Assembly: GCA_964536725.1 (NCBI GenBank)
Contig: CAZHYJ010000006.1
Span: 482 to 64,481, forward strand
Length of the DNA: 64,000 nucleotides
Direction of reading: 5' to 3'
From: an uncultured Gammaproteobacteria bacterium
GTDB lineage: Bacteria; Patescibacteriota; Patescibacteriia; Magasanikbacterales; GWA2-37-8
Shown: in pieces, positions 60,164 through 64,000 of the stretch
How positions within the stretch are numbered: position 1 is the first letter of the stretch
How the letters are laid out: every line of letters starts with the position of its first letter
Translations under genes and position numbers: made by a program
The notes under the pieces: model-generated
Told to the model about the DNA's origin: nothing
The model's input: only the letters and a program-made list of their open reading frames with translations
Database searches by the model: none

Positions 60164-63010
60164 ATGCCAATTCCACAACTCACTCGTCGAGCTCGCACCT
60201 ATGGCGAAATTGACCCCGAGACACCCCGCCAACGCCGACCAAAATTCAAAAAGGTGTGGTTGAAAAGAATCCTGTTAGCCGGAGCAACCTGTGTCGCCCT
60301 TGGTGTTATTTTCGTCACCATTTTAGTGGCCTGGGCCAGTCGTGATCTGCCTGATCCAAATAATCTCTCTAGCCGTCAAACTTCACAAAGCACCAAAATC
60401 TACGACCGCACCGGCGAACACCTACTTTACGAGATTTACCAAAATCAAAAACGCACTGATGTCGAACTCAACCAGATGTCTCCTTGGCTCCCTAAAGCCA
60501 CTATTGCCGTGGAAGACAAGAATTTTTATGAACACAATGGCGTTCGTTTAATTAGTATTATCCGTGCTGGAGTAAATAATTTACTCGGCCGTAAAGCTGG
60601 TTCTGGTGGCGCCTCGACCATCACTCAACAATTTATTAAAAACTCTATCGTCGGCAACGAGCGCTCAATATTTAGAAAAATAAAGGAGGCAATTTTGGCG
60701 CTGCGTTTGGAAACAAAATACACTAAGGATGAGATATTAAAAATGTATTTGAATGATGCGCCGTATGGTTCTACTAATTATGGCGTTGAATCCGCCAGCC
60801 AAAGTTACTTTCATAAAAAAGCCGCTGACTTAGACTTGGCTGAATCTGCCACACTCGCCGCTATCATCCAAGCACCAACCCGCTATTTAAACAACCCTGA
60901 CTCACTGCGTAATCGGCGTGATTTAGTTTTACGCCTAATGTTCGATCAAGGAAAAATTACCGAAGAGGAAAAAAACACTGCTCAAGGCGTTGCTCTGCGC
61001 ATCTATCGTGGTGGTGGGATTATGGACGCACCTCACTTTGTCTTACACGTTAAACAACTATTGGCCGATCAAATGGGTGAAAAAGAATTAGATATGGGTG
61101 GTTTAAGAGTAATCACCACTTTGGATTATGAAAAACAAAAAGCGGCAGAGAAAATTATCAAAGAACAGGGCGACAAGTTTGCTAAAGATTCTAATGCAAA
61201 CAACGCCTCGCTTGTAACCATCGACCCAAAGACCGGACAAATCCTGGCCATGGTTGGTTCACGTGATTTTGAAAACGACGAAATTGATGGACAGTTTAAT
61301 GTGGCCACTTTAGGGCGCCGTCAACCCGGCTCATCATTCAAACCTTTTGTCTATGCTGCCGCTTGGGAAAAAGGCTACACCCCGGAAACAGTTTTGTATG
61401 ATGTTGATACTAATTTTGACCAACGCACTGGTGGTAGTTATGCACCGAAGAACTATGACGGTAAAGAGTATGGACTCATCACTATGCGTAAGGCTCTACA
61501 AGGCTCCTTAAACGTCCCTGCAGTGAAAACACTTTACCTCGTAGGCCAAGAACCAATCATCGACCTAGCCGCGCGCTTTGGTTACACCACTCTTGGTAAA
61601 GAAGTTGTTGAACGCACCAGTTTAAGTTTGGTGTTGGGTGGTGCCGAAGTAAACTTGCTGGAACACACTTCCGCCTATGCCACCCTCGCCAACAATGGCG
61701 AGCGTTTTCCAACGGAAAGTATTTTAGAAATTAAAAACAGTCAGGGTGAAAAACTTTGGGAATGGAAAAAACCGGAAAGTACTGAGGCAATGAAACCAGA
61801 GATTGTGGCTTTACTCGACAACGTTTTGTCCGATGATAAGGCCCGTTCATATATCTTTGGCACTGGTGGGAATCTCACATTGCCTGGCAGACCAGTAGCG
61901 GCCAAGACTGGTACCACCAACGACAACAAGGACGCTTGGACAATGGGCTACACCCCTTCCGTTGCGGTAGGTGTTTGGGTAGGTAATACCAAGAACACAC
62001 CAATGAAGGCTGGTGGTAATGCTTTGGCGGGAAAAATCTGGAATTTGTACATGCGCGAGATTACCAAAGATACTCCAGTAGAACAGTTCCTTACCCCACC
62101 AGCAAACGATGCGACTAAACCAGTGTTACGTGGTGGCGATGGTGGTATAAAAGTTCTGGTGAATCGTTTGAATGGAAAAATCGCTGCTTCAACTACGCCC
62201 ACTAGTTTGATAACGGAAAAAACATTTTTACCACCACACGATATTTTACATTATGTAAACAAAGACGATCCGCGTGGACCGGCGTTAGAAAATCCAGCTG
62301 ACGATCCACAATATGAAAATTGGGAAAAGGCTTTAAATGATTGGGTAGATCGTTTACGAACATCTGGTAAAGATATTTCGCTGGAAGAACCACCAACCGA
62401 AGTTGACAACCCCATCGCCAATGAGTTGGCACCACAAATTGATTTTGTCTCACCTACTGCCGGACAAACAATCACTAACCGACAAATGACGCTTGAGGTG
62501 CGCGCCACTTCCCCGCGTGGGGTAACACGAGTAACTTTTCAAGTTGATGGCTTAACGGTTGGAACAGTAAACAGCTTTCCGTTTAAGATTGACTACTTGG
62601 CAAAAATATTAAGCAACGGCAATCACACTCTTAATGTTACCGCCGAAGACGACCAGGGAAATTTTGGTGAAAAAGCAATTGAGTTTAATCTAAATGCAGA
62701 AATGGGTCCACCCGATTTTGACTGGGGCGAACAAAATCCGCTCGCTTTGAACAAAGATGATTTCCCCCGTTCGATTTCGATCTTGCCTTTCCGTTGGACA
62801 GATACTAAAGATTTGAAAATATATTTAACAACCGGCGGAAGTAAAAAATTAATTTACACCTTTACTTCAAAGGACGACAAACCAACAACCGGCCGACTAA
62901 TGTTTACTTGGAAGAATTTTCCCGGTGCTGGAGAACATATGTTGACTGGTGAGATGACAGATAACAGTGAAAATATTAAGACACACGAGTTAACAATACA
63001 AGCACAGTAA
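60164..63010 (+). CDS. class A penicillin-binding protein (PBP1A-type transglycosylase/transpeptidase) with a ~250-aa C-terminal Ig-like extension
   Basis: N-terminal TM. GT51 motifs (EDKNFYEHNG, GASTITQQ). Transpeptidase motifs SxxK (SSFK), SxN and KTG (KTGTT). 948 aa. Confidence 0.92.
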   Translation: MPIPQLTRRARTYGEIDPETPRQRRPKFKKVWLKRILLAGATCVALGVIFVTILVAWASRDLPDPNNLSSRQTSQSTKIYDRTGEHLLYEIYQNQKRTDVELNQMSPWLPKATIAVEDKNFYEHNGVRLISIIRAGVNNLLGRKAGSGGASTITQQFIKNSIVGNERSIFRKIKEAILALRLETKYTKDEILKMYLNDAPYGSTNYGVESASQSYFHKKAADLDLAESATLAAIIQAPTRYLNNPDSLRNRRDLVLRLMFDQGKITEEEKNTAQGVALRIYRGGGIMDAPHFVLHVKQLLADQMGEKELDMGGLRVITTLDYEKQKAAEKIIKEQGDKFAKDSNANNASLVTIDPKTGQILAMVGSRDFENDEIDGQFNVATLGRRQPGSSFKPFVYAAAWEKGYTPETVLYDVDTNFDQRTGGSYAPKNYDGKEYGLITMRKALQGSLNVPAVKTLYLVGQEPIIDLAARFGYTTLGKEVVERTSLSLVLGGAEVNLLEHTSAYATLANNGERFPTESILEIKNSQGEKLWEWKKPESTEAMKPEIVALLDNVLSDDKARSYIFGTGGNLTLPGRPVAAKTGTTNDNKDAWTMGYTPSVAVGVWVGNTKNTPMKAGGNALAGKIWNLYMREITKDTPVEQFLTPPANDATKPVLRGGDGGIKVLVNRLNGKIAASTTPTSLITEKTFLPPHDILHYVNKDDPRGPALENPADDPQYENWEKALNDWVDRLRTSGKDISLEEPPTEVDNPIANELAPQIDFVSPTAGQTITNRQMTLEVRATSPRGVTRVTFQVDGLTVGTVNSFPFKIDYLAKILSNGNHTLNVTAEDDQGNFGEKAIEFNLNAEMGPPDFDWGEQNPLALNKDDFPRSISILPFRWTDTKDLKIYLTTGGSKKLIYTFTSKDDKPTTGRLMFTWKNFPGAGEHMLTGEMTDNSENIKTHELTIQAQ

Positions 63011-63014
63011 AAAG

Positions 63015-63048
63015 AAAAACACCTACACAGAAATGTGTAGGTGTTTTT
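63015..63048. terminator. terminator hairpin (aaaacacctacac agaaa tgtgtaggtgtttt)
   Basis: 13-bp stem plus T-run after the PBP gene. Confidence 0.65.
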
Positions 63049-63073
63049 AAATAAACTGCTTTTATCGCACTCC

Positions 63074-63529
63074 TTAAACCATTTGAGAAAAATATTTACA
63101 CCCAATTAAAATGTTTGGTGATGAAACATTGTTGTTTTTTTCTAATTCTTCCACCTCATCTAACGTAAACCAAGCACACTTAGACAAGTCTGGCTCAAAA
63201 CCATCTTTTAGTTTTGCTAGGTAGTGAATTAAAATTATTTTTTCTTTTTCTCCATTTCTTTCAATTTCATCTGTGATAATCAACGGATCTATACTTTCTA
63301 CCAACTCTACCTCCAAACCAACATCTTCCTTTGGTCTAAATATCGCATTTTCTTTTGGAGACTTACCATCATCAAGCCGACCGCCTGTAAATTGATATTT
63401 TCCTGTACTACTAGAGATGTGCAGCAAGAACTTTCCCTCTTCACTAATGATAACAGGACCAGTGCTAATACCAATTTTTATGTCCTGGTTTTTAAAGTTT
63501 TTTGCTGGGTAGTTAAATATGTTTGTCAT
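63074..63529 (-). CDS. NUDIX-family hydrolase (tentative)
   Basis: Degenerate Nudix box GGRLDDGKSPKENAIFRPKEDVGLEVE (G-x5-E-x7-R-E-x2-E-x-G pattern). Confidence 0.5.
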   Translation of the reverse strand: MTNIFNYPAKNFKNQDIKIGISTGPVIISEEGKFLLHISSSTGKYQFTGGRLDDGKSPKENAIFRPKEDVGLEVELVESIDPLIITDEIERNGEKEKIILIHYLAKLKDGFEPDLSKCAWFTLDEVEELEKNNNVSSPNILIGCKYFSQMV

Positions 63530-63565
63530 ATTACAAATTGAGTAAAAATTTTCATGAGTTTTTTA

Positions 63566-63814
63566 TTAAGTTACTAGCAACATAATAACAATGGCAAAAA
63601 TAAAAATAAAGGCAAGGCCAAAAGCTAATATTTTAAACATAAACTTGCTTTCTTTGTCGCTATTTTGCTTGTCTTTTAAAATTTTCTCAATATTTTGAAT
63701 TTTTGGATAATTCATGGAGTTCAAAAGCAAAAGAACATTTTTTATGCTTTTAATTTTTGAGCTTAAAAAGGCGTTATTTTCTCCATTAGAACTGCCAAAG
63801 GTTAATTTTACCAA
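63566..63814 (-). CDS. small membrane protein, unknown function
   Basis: 82-aa ORF with a C-terminal TM (ILAFGLAFIFIFAIVIMLLV). Confidence 0.35.
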   Translation of the reverse strand: MVKLTFGSSNGENNAFLSSKIKSIKNVLLLLNSMNYPKIQNIEKILKDKQNSDKESKFMFKILAFGLAFIFIFAIVIMLLVT

Positions 63815-64000
63815 CTCCCTCTGTTTTCTTTTATAAATTATTTCAGCAGTAATTGTTGTTACATCTGTTTTTTTTATTTCTTTAAATATTTGTTTATTTT
63901 TTAAAAATTTTATACCATCTGAATCAATTTGGATTTCAAATCCGTATTTTTTAGCTAGATAGAAGATGCTAAAAAGGATATTTAAAATATTGAACAGCCA

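Overview
Low-GC (roughly 38-40%), gene-dense bacterial chromosome segment. Genes use the standard code with TGA as a stop, and many short housekeeping genes fit a reduced-genome CPR/Patescibacteria-like organism; that lineage assignment is inference. Housekeeping content: thrS (with an apparent Thr T-box leader), pilB/gspE, ftsH, rpsA, ahcY plus a PfkB kinase, recQ, a GH1 beta-glucosidase, ung, the str operon (rpsL-rpsG-fusA), trpS, uvrD/pcrA, tgt, gpmI, a dksA/traR-like gene, lspA, comM/yifB, a 3D-domain protein and a class A PBP. Accessory content: an IS481-like insertion 5 bp from the rpsA promoter; tRNA-His, two tRNA-Ser and tRNA-Asn; an ArsR/thioredoxin-like/permease/CcdA-like redox operon; a co-directional block of ECF sigma, anti-sigma, MacAB-like tripartite ABC system, lipoprotein and a 969-aa lamin-tail-domain surface protein; and a 1.7-kb GC-rich island around tRNA-His. 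The most unusual locus is an ~850-bp non-coding stretch (56.16-57.0 kb). It carries clustered DnaA boxes and two 24-bp palindromes and sits at the global gene-strand switch, making it a candidate oriC. It also contains a consensus sigma70 promoter followed by a GC-rich ~330-nt candidate structured RNA of unknown class. No CRISPR array, reverse transcriptase or recognisable defence operon was seen.
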